A model generated the notes under the pieces. It was given only the letters and a program-made list of their open reading frames with translations, searched no databases and was not told the origin of the DNA. Source: Botryllus schlosseri (lineage: Eukaryota). Taken from it: a stretch of 64,000 nt of DNA. Below are positions 36,575-48,806 of this stretch, piece after piece; the stretch's first letter is position 1; each line of letters opens with the position of its first letter. The DNA lies in contig CM119371.1 of assembly GCA_051294905.1 (NCBI GenBank), positions 14,696,001-14,760,000 on the forward strand, given 5' to 3'. Position numbers and translations under genes: made by a program.

Positions 36575-36652
36575 TTATCTCATTATTATTGCTATTAATT
36601 ATTATCTCATTATTATTGCTATTAATTATTATCTCATTATTATTGCTATTAA
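36575..36652. repeat. 27-bp tandem repeat, about 3 copies
   Basis: TTATCTCATTATTATTGCTATTAATTA repeated. Confidence 0.9.
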
Positions 36653-37173
36653 CATTCGTATAGTTTGCTGATGCTATGTATTACAATAGACTATCGAGTT
36701 TTGTATGGATAGCAACAGTATAAAATTTAAAAAATTCGTTCGAAATTTATCAGTTATATCTCTACCAACAGCTCACCAAAGTCCAGGCCCGAAGTCAACT
36801 ATGAAGCAGCAAAGATTTGAAAATCAGTGATAAAGCAGAAGAGAATGAAACAAGTTGAGCATGGTCTCAACGTTAATAATTATAGAAGATGCTGAACAAC
36901 ATTAATTTGACGCTAGCCGAATCTAGAGTCAAAACATGTCTTTTGTACATTTGATTCAATTTTGTTCAGCCATTCATGTTCGCCTGCTCCAGTTTTCCAA
37001 GCCCCTTGCAATAACTTCGCTATCTTGTGTCCAAATTTATGAACTTGAACTTACTTAAAGCCATAATGCACATTTTACCTCATTTTAACGTGTACCTCAT
37101 TTTAACGTGTCACAAGAAATAAAGCACGAGTATGTTTTGGAATGTAATCAAATGTATTGCAAAAATCTCTAGA

Positions 37174-37654
37174 TCATGCGTTGTCGTGCAGATTTCTCTG
37201 TAGGAGTCGATACTGTGGGAGTGCGGTCAACGCTTCCAGTTGCAGTATGTCATCAAATTCAGCTCCATCTGCCTTGTCAGCATTGCTATGATTGTAAAGG
37301 CAGAAGCAGGCTATTGTCATATCGATATTCTGAGGTTCTTCCTTGAATATAGCCAATGCGCGAGATATTTTCTTCAACACAAAGCACTGCGCTCTGCCAG
37401 AGGGTAACGATATGCATGAAAACAATAGTGACTTTTTTCGGTCAAAGTTCTTGGGCATAATAGTGGCGTGAGTAATAAGTCCTCAGTGGATATTCAGCAT
37501 CTCCAAGAGCATAATCTTCATCAATTAATATGCCAAAATGCTGGGCAGTTGTGTCTTCAAAAATCGGTATCACAGCCGCACTATTTCTTCGAATACTTTG
37601 CGATAACGTGCTGATCATTTGCCAGATACTTCCTCGGGGTTCCGTTCTGATCAT
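37174..37654 (-). pseudogene. Harbinger DDE transposase remnant
   Basis: IRRNS..F, YALGDAEYPLRTY, F.LKK, TIACFCLYN motifs spread across frameshifts. Confidence 0.75.
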
Positions 37655-37719
37655 CCGTCCGTAAATTTCAACAGCTCAAGCAATTCCGTATTCCTTCACT
37701 GCATCGCTATACTATACGA

Positions 37720-39310
37720 CAAGGGTCGGCAACCTACGGCCCGCGGGCCGGATCCGGCCCGCCAAGCGAAATCATCCGGCCCGCGACATGATAATTAGTT
37801 ATCACAAGAATACGGCCCGCCGTTTCATAATGAGTTTCAAGCTGCAGTGTAGCACTGCATGAAAATAATGCGACATTGCTACGATATAATAGTAGCCTAT
37901 ATCGTATTAGTCCATTGCTACGTCAGAAAACGAAGGTGGTTGAAGTAGGAGATGGAGATAGACTAGACTGGATCAGTGCTTATCAATCGAGTGTGTCTCG
38001 CAACCGAAGGTGTTCCATACTTTTTTAAAGGGTTTACCACTCTAATGGGGTGTGACAATAAAGGTGTCCTCCCTTTGCTTCAAAAACTCTTGGAACATCT
38101 CAGACGCAATGACAGAATATCAAACTGTTCAATTATAGATAACTGGCCTCCGTATGTTAGTTAGCCTATCTATAGTTTAATTCTCCAGAAGGCATTGTGT
38201 GCCAAGACAAAAAAACCTGAATAGTGTTTTGGCCACAATGGTGAAAACTGTTGATATGATTTTTGTCTCATTAACTGAATCAGTTACGCCAGATATTACT
38301 AAAAGCAGAGAATCAATACGGCGATGTCCTGTAGGCCTATATCTGTCATGTTCGCGCATTAAGTCAAGCAGCTATGCTTACACGAGTGTATGAGCTGAGA
38401 AATGAAGTAGCAACTTTCCTCGAAAACACAAATATCGTCGACTCATAATCTTGTAATCGAAAATGGGTATCTCATCTTGCTTTCCTGGTACATTTAACGT
38501 CACATCTGAACAAATTGAATTTGCAACTTCAGGGGGAAAACAACTAATTACATGAGATGTTGAGGCGCATTCAAAACGAATCTGTGACTCTGCAAATGTC
38601 AACAGTAGCCTACAAAGAAAATTATGCTCACTTTCCTATACTGGAGGAGAGAAAACCTAGTACCAACACTACATTTGTAACTGTGATACGAAATTTAACT
38701 ACTCAATATTCACCCGCTTTTCCGACATTCCTTCTCTGCAAAATGAATTCTGACTTTTCAGTACTCCGTTTAATGTGGACGCCAAAACCATTGGCTGAAA
38801 ATGTCAAATGGGCCTTTCTGAAATGCGATGCAGGTGAATTGAATGACAAATTTCATACTAAGAGCATATCGCTGCATGACTTTGGCAAAGAGTACGTTCT
38901 TGAAATTGGTCTTCGTCCCAGCTTGACCAACAATGCAAAAGAAATTGCATCGATTTTTGGAAGCACGTACGCTTGTGAACAATAGTTTCGAACAATGAAA
39001 TTCACGAAGAGCAAGCTAAGATCACGTATTTCGGACGTCCATTTTGAATGGGGTCTGATTCTTGTTTCATCTTACTCGTTACCAGAAGTTGAAAACCTTT
39101 CACCAAGCAAGCTGCGGCAATTGTCACATATATTCTGTGTTGTTGAAGAGTAAATACATGTCTTTTCTGATTGCTATGATTGAGATTGCAGCAATGTAGG
39201 ATAATATACCGAAGTGAGCGTAAAATATAGTATCAAGAAAAATTCCGGCCCGCCAAAACGTTGTACACCCGAAATTTGGCCCGCGACTAGCAAAAGGTTG
39301 CCTACCCCTG
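37720..39310 (+). mobile_element. Charlie/GTF2IRD2-type hAT element with decayed transposase, nested in Harbinger
   Basis: TIR CAAGGGTCGGCAACC / GGTTGCCTACCCCTG; TSD CTATACGA; dimerisation motif IFGSTYACEQ*FRTMKFTKSKLRSRISDVH. Confidence 0.92.
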
Positions 39311-39621
39311 CTATACGACATCAGCAAGCAACTCAAAACAATAACAACTGGCCTCGGTTCCGTGTTGAACTCGCTACAGCGACGAAGTAGACAGTAATTA
39401 CTCGCAACTAACGGACTTGGCCGAGCGCGGCGCCAAATTGACATTTGAAACCGAATTAAGACCGCCGACGTCTGGCGTCTTGAGCAAGTCAATCACTGGC
39501 CTTAAGCCAGGTCTAAATTAAGACAACTTTTTGAAACCCACCCTAAATCTCTGTGCGTTAGGTAGCTGCTGTTGATAGCTGGCGAACTGCACTGCCTAAG
39601 ACAGACTTAGATGCAATATAG

Positions 39622-40077
39622 TAGGGTTACCATACGTCCTCTTTTAAGAGGAATTGTCCTCTTTTTTGACTTTTTTGAAAGTGTCCTCGGAGGACGGCCT
39701 TTTGTCCTCTTTTTTGAGATTTTGTCCTCTTTTTTGAAAATTTAGGTCAAATTTAGAGCAAATTGGGAGTGATATGCCGCAAATTAGCACAGAAGTGACG
39801 CTCCGGTGGGTATTTCGGAGTGAAAAACGGTGATTTTAGCTCTGAGTGAAAAGATGACCTTTTTTTCATATTTTTTTTAGTCATCCACCTGGCAATGTGG
39901 AGAGAAAAAGAGTATTTTGAGATCTGAGCGGAAAGATGACGTTTTTTTGTTTGTTTAGTCAACCAATCACAAAGTGGGAAAAATTCACTGGTTTTTGAGA
40001 ATTCTTATCCGGTTTTGCTAGTCTGAAATTTCTGAAAAGGTGTCCTCTCTTTAGATTTCCAAAATATGGTAAGCCTA
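39622..40077. mobile_element. hAT (Blackjack-like) MITE with TGTCCTC repeats
   Basis: TAGGGTTACCATA / TATGGTAAGCCTA; TSD CAATATAG on both sides. Confidence 0.88.
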
Positions 40078-40373
40078 CAATATAGGTTGCCCGGTTTCGC
40101 CCTCAATTTGTCTATAAATCAACACAATATTATTCATTTCCAAAACTGATCAAATTTAGCATGGCAAGACAGAACGACGCCGTGCTCTCTGTAGTCACTA
40201 CCAGCATCAGGATTAGTCTCAGTGCAACCTACCTTGAAATTAATTGATGTCCTTTTCAATGTTTTTTTGTTATTTTCAAACAAGTTTGGGGAAGTTTGTC
40301 AGCAATGTAAAATACTAAACAACTGGAATGTGGATTCAAAATTGGCGTAAGATATAACTTATGTATATCAGAT

Positions 40374-40918
40374 CAGGGGTAGGCAGCCTGTACGGACGCA
40401 TGCGGCCGTAGAAGGGAATTTGTGCGGCCGGCGACGCCTAATGCAATTAGTATGTGTTGGCAGCCGTAGACATGCAGATTGCAATTACGAATTCACTTCC
40501 GAATTTTCGTGAGATTTTATTTAATCTTGAAATTTTCTTCGCGCTCCGCGCAATTCAACAAGACTTCCCTTTTCGATTTTAATGCAGTAGCGCCCTTCGT
40601 AATTGGAGCAGGAATGGGAATCCTCAAGAAATAACAATTCATTTGCGGCTCTGACAAATTTTCGTGCTACGCTCGACATTATGCACTCCCAGCAACTATT
40701 CATAACATTGCCACTCGCGATTTCGGTGCGTACAATAGGCCGTTGTGAAAAGTAGAATAGTTCGGAGTTCACCGGGAATGGATATGGACAGATTGGACAG
40801 TTTACCATAGGTATTTTGCGTCCAGATCGTTCATTGCGGCTATGCCCTGGAATGCGACCTTAGGCTACATAAGTAATCGAAATGCGGCCATGATTAGCAA
40901 GAAGGTTGCCCACCTCTG
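40374..40918. mobile_element. hAT MITE
   Basis: CAGGGGTAGGCAGCCT / AGGTTGCCCACCTCTG; TSD TATCAGAT vs TATTAGAT. Confidence 0.82.
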
Positions 40919-41184
40919 TATTAGATGATGTGCTCTTTTTGACATGATGATAAGGGTGGTCAGAGGCGCGCGATTTTTTTTGACCATCGCCAAGGGGGGC
41001 GCGTGTCAAAAAAGGTTGAGATCCGCTGCTTTAGACCAATCCTACTTCTATGCTTATTAACTTCACTTTCTGGGCACAACTACTTACTTTTACACTTTGG
41101 ATTGCGAAAAATAGAAAGTAGTTTGGAGATATGTTTGCGTCACTTTTATGATTCGAGTTATCATGGCAACTGAGCGAAAGTAAC

Positions 41185-41688
41185 CCATGTGTCAGAATCC
41201 GGCCCGCGAAGGAATTTTAAACGGCCCTGAAAGTGAAATGCTAATATGAAAGTATTGACAAATTTTATGCGTTACAGAATGAATCAAATTTGCCAACCTA
41301 AGAAAAATGATCATGAAACTACTTGCTCGCTGTTCAGGTCTACATACATTTTCAACCATGAACATTAAACGCGACAAGGCTGCGTTCCAATATAACTGAT
41401 GCTCACGTGCAGTCGTAACTAAGGGCTTCTACATGCGAGATGCAGCCAGAGTTCAAAGAACTCGTCAAAAACTCTGACTCACCACAGCTGATTGATATTT
41501 TTGATAAATTCATTGAATACTGTTTTTAGTCTCCATGCTTTAAACTTGAAGTTTATACATTAAATACGATTTATTCTTTGTATAGGTGGATAAACACGCG
41601 AATAATTTATATATTCTGTAATCCGGCCAGCCAAGTACTTCATTTTCCCATATCCGGCTCGCAGAGCGGATAATTTGCCCGCCCCTGC
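41185..41688 (+). mobile_element. Deleted hAT element retaining the transposase C-terminus
   Basis: FSTMNIK / LRSNITDAHVQS*LRAST..PEFKELV; CCGGCCCGCG motifs; ends TTGCCCGCCCCTG. Confidence 0.7.
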
Positions 41689-44636
41689 CGTAGGGTGGAG
41701 GGTTATACAGCCACTGACAAAAAGGTCCAAAGAATATAAGTGTATGTTGATTTTATTGACCTAAGGATAGTATCGAATTCAAGCATGACTAAATAAATGA
41801 CCAAAATTCTATTGGCGTAGCAAGAAGTATGCGATTCTGAACTCTGAATAGCAGTGCAGCTGCTCCAATTTTTTGATGGTGCTACAGCGCCCCCTTGGGA
41901 ACTGCTTCTTTTGCGTAGGCTGTGCTTTGGGTCGTCATTCGTGCAGTTTCAGTACGTCTCGCGTTTTTAACACAATATTAAAAGAAACAAGTAATGTCTC
42001 GGCTTAAGATTTTCATGAAACGCTAACTTTGATGAGTAAAAATCTTTTAGGTAAAGGCATGTTTGTCGTTTACGTAGTGGTGGCGATAAGCGTCTGCCAC
42101 CCGGCGGTCCGGGTTCATAATTGGGTATATTCGCAAACAGAGGTTATTCTGGGCTCATCTTCTTCCGTGACGAAGTTCTTACGGCAACAAAAAGCCAAGA
42201 AATAGATCGGATGAAAGAGTGCACTTACAAGGAATGGAAACAGCAAACAGTGATGCGCGGATGGAGACAAAAATCAAAGAAAGAACTGCGAGATCGGACA
42301 CTAGGCCGAGGTTGTTGTTGTTGTTTTTATTAACTCATATAATTGGCGCTTGCAACTCGTGGTTATTTGCGCCCACACAGTAAATTTCATACATTTCATA
42401 ATGGCATGTCTTCTTGAACTTGAGTCTTTTTTCGGCTCATTGGCTGCCTCCTTTCAAGAGTTCGGCTCTCTCTTCTTCTGAGCTTTTCAACGCGCTGTAT
42501 TTACAGCGGGTTCGGCGATGAGGAGCCCAGATAAACCTCCGACACATAGAAACATGGCAGAGCCGAGACTCGAACCACCAACTAGGCCGAGGTGGATGCC
42601 CGTTTAAGAGACCGCAACTGCAACAGCATTTGGTCGTTCGGCATCCTCCAATCTGTTCATTACGTCGCATTATGCCTTATCGATTTGATATTGAGTGAAC
42701 ATATAGCCTACTCCGATACCTGAGTTGTCGCTGATTGCATCGTTTTGTATCTGTTCATTTGTAACTAGCACTGGCCCACGAACCCCACTTTACGCTCATC
42801 AAGTGCTTATTTACAGCTTTGTATTGTTATGTTGATGTTCGAAATTGTTTGCTCGAATATGAACGTAGACCCAGACCCGAACAGTCTTAGCTTCGCCCTG
42901 AATGCCTTTACTGTTGAGAAGATTTCGTGAGCAAAAGTACTCTTCCCTCGAAATCTGGTGTTCATTGTTCAATTCAATAATGTGTTCAAAGACATCAACT
43001 AAGAACCAAGAAAAAAGAAACTATAAGAACAAAAATAAAACAAAGAACTAAATATTTACCTAGAAGAGTCACTCTTTGTTTGATGTAGCAAGAGAGTAAT
43101 GTGGAATTGCGGCAGAGTGTGGCCGCGGGCCGCTCGAAATGCAGTCGGGGGCCGGATCCGGCCCGCGGGATGTATGTTCCCCGCCCATGTACTGAAGTAT
43201 CAGCAATTAGTATCATTTAGTTTGCCTTTTTTCTAGACTCTAAATTTCAAACACTTCTTCCATATATTTTCGATTACGGAATTTCAAATGGCCAGCCGGA
43301 GCCGGATGGATTCGGAAATGAGACCATTTCTGCTCTCCGGTAGTTCGGCCGTTAATAACTGCTGTATCGGCTTAGCCTCTTTACCAGATTTGTTATAATA
43401 TTTTCTTCCTCTGAATTACTGTAATCATAGCCAGATATGCTACAATCATGGATTTGCTCGCTGGTTGACTAATAAATTCTCTCTTTATCTCTCTCTCACT
43501 CCCGCTGGAAAATAAACAATAACATTTGAGTAGGAGAACACGCTGAGCAGACTGCTGAACATATCCAGTTGTTCAAATGTTAATATTTATATATTTGACA
43601 GCCAATCGTTGTTTATGGTGGCTTGTAGTAGTTTGTTCTTAAAGATCTAGTGGCCTTGCAGTAAATGAAGCGATAAGCGTACGGGTCGCATATCACAGGT
43701 ATAATCGGATCGTAAGCGTGAGACGGCGACAGGTCCGACAATTAACTCGCGTGACCGCGTGAGTGTGAGTCAGTAAAAAGAGAAAAATTGTGCTGGAACA
43801 AACGAGGAAGCGCAAACACACCTTCCCAGGTTCCAGTCAGTATCATTGATCTAGGAACAGGAATATCTGCATGCGAGAATGAGACAAGGATAAATACAAC
43901 CTGATGAGGTTGAACGCTGTGAATTTAGAACCCTCTCTAATGTGATAAAGAGCTAATAGAGCTCGCGGTCTACTTTTGATCTATCCTATTTCAATTTTTT
44001 TTATGTATTCTATACTAAACTGTTTGGAAGTTAGCCTGCAACTCATTTAGGACCAGTAATATGTGGGAAATCTACACAACTTCTTGAACAGACTTGACAA
44101 AATTTTTTGCTGTCAGCAATATTTGGAAGTAAGTAGATTCTAGCAAAGTCAAATTTGTTTCAAAACAGTTTCTATTGTCCAAATCAAGTTAGTGGTGCAA
44201 CTTGTCTATTAGTAGCCTACTGGTAATAGAAATTGCGACCAGAAACTGTTAAAATTGTTGAAAATTGGTATATTCTGAATGAGAGGCATTCGATAACACC
44301 AAGCAGAGTTGTAAAAAGTGAGTTTAACAAGACGTTAATTCGAAACTGAACAGTCAACACAATGACTTGGACCCGGACTCGATGGTGAATTTAAAATGAA
44401 TTGACTTGAATCTAATCAAAACTATAAAAGTGAATTGGTTGCAACCCTGCCATTAATATAGTAATACCATCGTTGGTGACCACCTCCTGCAGTTTTCCAA
44501 TGCAGGCTAATCTATCAATGTAAATCGTTTTGACAATCAACACTCCCTAATTCAATACCTGTTTATATATAATCATGTTTACTTTCAAAACAGGACTAGT
44601 CTCTATTATTGTATCCACGACGGGTGATTAGGTATC

Positions 44637-46256
44637 ATGGTACGAGTTGTACGTCCTGATGTGGAAAAGCACGCAGTTTGTATGATGGCTGAATTGCATC
44701 GAATGAAGCAAGATACCGATCATTGTGATTTTTTAATTCAAGTCGGAGATGACGTCTATCGTACCCACAAAAACGTATTGTCGGCTGGCTCCGCTTATTT
44801 TAGAGCTATGCTTAAACACGACACGAAAGAGAGTCGCGAAGGAAGGGTCGTTTTCAAAGACGTTGATTCAGAGTGTGTAAAAAATTGCATCGATTTCATA
44901 TATTCCGGTGAATTTGAGATTCCTGATGGAAGTATCGTTGAACTTCTTCACGTCGCAATTATGATGCAGCTGGAAGATGTAAAGCAAGCCGTGTCCAATA
45001 TTTTGGCGGATTCACTTACTATTGAAAATTATTTCTCTACCAGAAATGTGGGTGATATTTATGGACTGGCTGATGTTTCTTCGAGATGCAAAATATTTTT
45101 GCTCGAAAATATCTTGGATATCTCAAACCAACCTGGATTTGAAAGCATTGAAAAAGATGATCTGCTCACTCTCTTTAAATCGGAAGGATCGAAATTATGC
45201 GAAGAAGAAAAAATTGCGTTATCGCTCAAGTGGATCGACAAATGTCAAAGTAAAAGTGAATTTTTGCACGAATTTCTCAATGTAATCAAGTTTCATCTAA
45301 TATCCCTGACATATTTGCAACAGATTTTAGAAACTCACCCCCGTATAAGCAACAACTTGGAGTTGTACAAGTTATTCACTGGACATATTCTGAAAGCTTC
45401 CGTCAATGTCAAAGAGGATAATGACGCTGATAAATTGTTGATTTTTTTTGACTATCGTGAACAAGGCCTCCGATCCTTTAATCCGAGAACAGAGGAAATA
45501 GAAAAGTTTCATGATGCGAAGTGTGATTTCCGTGCATTTTTCACAGCGATATCACATGACTTATATATTTATGTCTTTTGTGAAACTAAATCAGTTCATC
45601 GGCTCAACTTTCGTGACAAAAATTCAAGATGGGAGAAGATGAATGATATGATTTGCGACCACGGTATTACTCCAAGCTCAGTTTGTTCAACCGGATCCAT
45701 AATCGTTATTGGAGGAAGTGGTTTTACAGAGAGAGCTGATGTTGAAAGATTTGACCCATCTGTGAATCAATGGTTTCTACTGCGAAACAAACCGTCAGCC
45801 ATTTCTAATGCAACTCTCGTGTCATTGGATGGTTCCATTTACTGTGTCGGAGGTTGGTGAGATGATGTCGAAGTTCCTTCGTTCTGCAGATTCACTCCAT
45901 CCACATCAGAGTGGGTTGATCTCGAGCCAATGAGATATCCTGCTCATAGCTGTGGTGTTGTTGCAGTTGATAAAAAGGTATTTGTGACGGGTGGGTATAG
46001 TCGAGAACAGACTGTCAACAAGGTAGAATGTTACGATGTCACTATAGCTCAATGGACTTCATTGCCATCTATGAATTCATATCATGGCATCAATACTGCT
46101 TATCGCATCGGTAATTGGATTTTTGTAGTGGATGTATATAGCGATTCTGATGTGATTGAGAAGTACGATTTATTGAGCAGAAAATGGTATTGTATGAAAA
46201 AACGTGATGAACTACTTTATCCCCGCGGATCTGTCATGGTGATGGAATATGGTTGA
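44637..46256 (+). pseudogene. BTB-BACK-Kelch paralogue 2 with an in-frame TGA at 45858-45860
   Basis: ORFs 44637-45860 and 45930-46256 share a frame. The sequence reads GGT TGG TGA GAT where paralogues have GGT TGG CGA GAT; otherwise it is full length. Confidence 0.9.
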
Positions 46257-48806
46257 AGGAGGACGCGGTATATTGTAAAGTGAACTAAACACGTCTGTGA
46301 GTAGATTGATGTTTAAACATGCTTTGCTGAACATGGAATAAGTCTCAGTTGTGCTGAAGCTTCAAAATGATGGTTGATTGTGTTGAAACGCCGTTTTGTT
46401 GCAGTATAGTCTGGTTGTACATCTACTTGGAGACTTATTCTTAGAGTTAGAAAATTAATATTTGTTTATTGGATAATGACCATTCGTCGTTGCAGCCGAT
46501 TGGTCTAGCAAGCATCTCTGATTATAGCGCAAGTTTTTGCAACTTTCTTACAGCTTCCGGTTGCTTCCTAAATTCTCAGAATTTATGTTGTATGATGTTT
46601 TGAGCAGTTGAAGGAATTTTACATTGCCGCTTTTTGTATTTTTCCATGCTACTTTTTACTCCAACTTTTATCAAGTATTGATAACGTAAAAGGATGATTT
46701 TAAAAACATGCGATAAAACTATTTCTAGTATGGATCTCTCTTTGATCTATGTGATTGATTAGCTGCATCTCAATGTTGTCTATGACACAATGGCTTGTGA
46801 ACTAGAAGTTCAACAACCCGTGCTAGGCACGACAGTGTCTGAACTATATGTAAATATCTTGCTTGATTGATTCACCCTCGTTTGAATTTGAGGCCCTTCC
46901 CCATTTGACAGACGCCCATGCGAGACCGCCGAAAATCACATAATCACTGGGCCACCTTTTCAAGCTGTTGATTTTGTTAAAGTCGCGAACACTGAGTTTC
47001 ACTGCAATGCCTTGGGTTAGGTTATCTCAGCTAGGGGGATTGGGATGTGGTATTTGACTTGTTGTATGGGTTATCGATTTGCTTTTTGCGGAAAGGTATT
47101 CACGTTATTTTCTTGCTGCTTCACCCGGCTGTAGCTGACAGCGAAAAGCTGTCATATAGGTTACAAACTGAAAGAACATAAAAGTGTATGCATGATCAAT
47201 TGAAAGTCAACACAACAGGATTTCTCGTACAAATCTTAGAATATAAGAAGATTTCTAGTCCAGTAATGTAACTTGTGTTCTGTAGAAAGTGTCCTCCTTT
47301 CCGAATTCCAAAATATGGTTCGGTAACCCTAAAATAAAAGTAATGCAGCAAATTTGTACTCAACGCGTCATGATCTCCCGCTAAAATGTGTATTCATTTT
47401 TACTGCAAATGGAACGATGATTTGTAATTTGAAATGCTTGCATATCGCTGGTGATCTGATGTGCAAATAATATGGCTTCTTTTTGTCTCTTCGAGTTGCT
47501 ATAGTATGTGCATGAAAGTGGAGCTTATACTGGCATTATATACATCAAATACGCGAGTTCATCAAAACGGTGAAGCTTGTATGATCCATGTATGATAGGG
47601 GTTTCCGCATCCTACTTAACTCTAATAAATGGATGCTACCATGGTAAATTTGGAGTGGTATTACACCTGTTTCATTAATCCCCGTTCTTCTCGCCTGGGT
47701 AAACTGTTATCGTAATTTTGTCACCATATATAAGCGACTAGGTTATTGGTTATATTGAAAACTTGCAAATCGGTGTAAAGGTAATTATTTAGCATTTACA
47801 TCACTTATTTGTGAATTCCGCCGCAGTATGATGTCACCTGTTTTTGATGTCATCGATCCCACATTCCTATGGAAAATTAGCGTTCGACGCTTATGTAAGA
47901 TGGTGATAAATTTTGAAATCGCAATATGTATCCGCACGACTAACGCAAAATGACCAATGACCAGGCATGTTTATTTTTGACATAAGCAAAAAATCCAACA
48001 TAGCTTATTTTCCAGATTTTATTTTTGGCAATTTTGGCGTCGCCCTGAAATCATGTTTGTAGGCTTCAATTAATCATGTAAAACGCTTTTGTTTAGGTTT
48101 TCTTATCTTTGCCATCACTCAGCAAGACTAAAAACCGAAGAAATGACGATATTTGAGAGCAAATTCATCTGATAGAAAACCGACTACTTCTGCCATATCT
48201 GATCTCAATAGTTGACTTGCTAGTTGCTACGCATGCAAAATTACGGCATTCAGACAATACACTATACCACTTGTGATAGTAACTCGAGAGGGTTTTTGGC
48301 ACGTTTGGATCACAGCATCCACTGCCAAATGAATAGTTAGAAACCACGGGTGTCTTCAATACTCAGTGTATTATTTAAACTTAGTCTATTATTTAAAAAA
48401 TTCCACCGGGCAAAGTAAAATCAATCAATGAACTTGCCTCCATCATTGTTGTTGCTTATTGTACAGCTAACTAAATGCAGGCTAAATATTTGGTATTTTC
48501 CGTATTCCTGTCCTCATTCAGTCAGATGTTTTGTATCACCAATATGTTGATCAGGGATATCCCTGATGTTGGTGATTATGTTCGATCCTTATATTCAACT
48601 GGTTTCCTTCAGAAACTTTCATTGAATGTCTCTGCAATTTTCGAAAAATGTATGATTGTGTTCCACTGTAGAGTTATCATTCAATATATATTAACGTGGT
48701 TGGTTACCAGCAGTTATCGATATAGGTTATTTTGGCGATGTGAATGATTTGTGTGTACTTTGACTCTAATCATGTGTATTTCAAAAACAGCGCGATAGTC
48801 TTCAAT

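Larger units (their letters stand above)
34572..39543. mobile_element. Second PIF/Harbinger transposon (defective)
   Basis: TIR GGGTGGGTTTCAAA / TTTGAAACCCACCC; TAA TSD at 34569-34571 and 39544-39546. Confidence 0.9.
34259..41028. mobile_element. hAT element expanded by nested insertions
   Basis: CAGGGGTTCCTCAAAC..GGGGGGCGCG / GGGGGGCGCG..GGTTGAGATCCGCTG; flanks CTTTA-AC vs CTTTAGAC (imperfect TSD). Confidence 0.65.

Noticed and set aside
45858..45860. Selenocysteine or programmed readthrough at the in-frame TGA
   Set aside because: Paralogues have Arg (CGA), not Cys; a CpG transition is the simpler explanation; no SECIS recognised.
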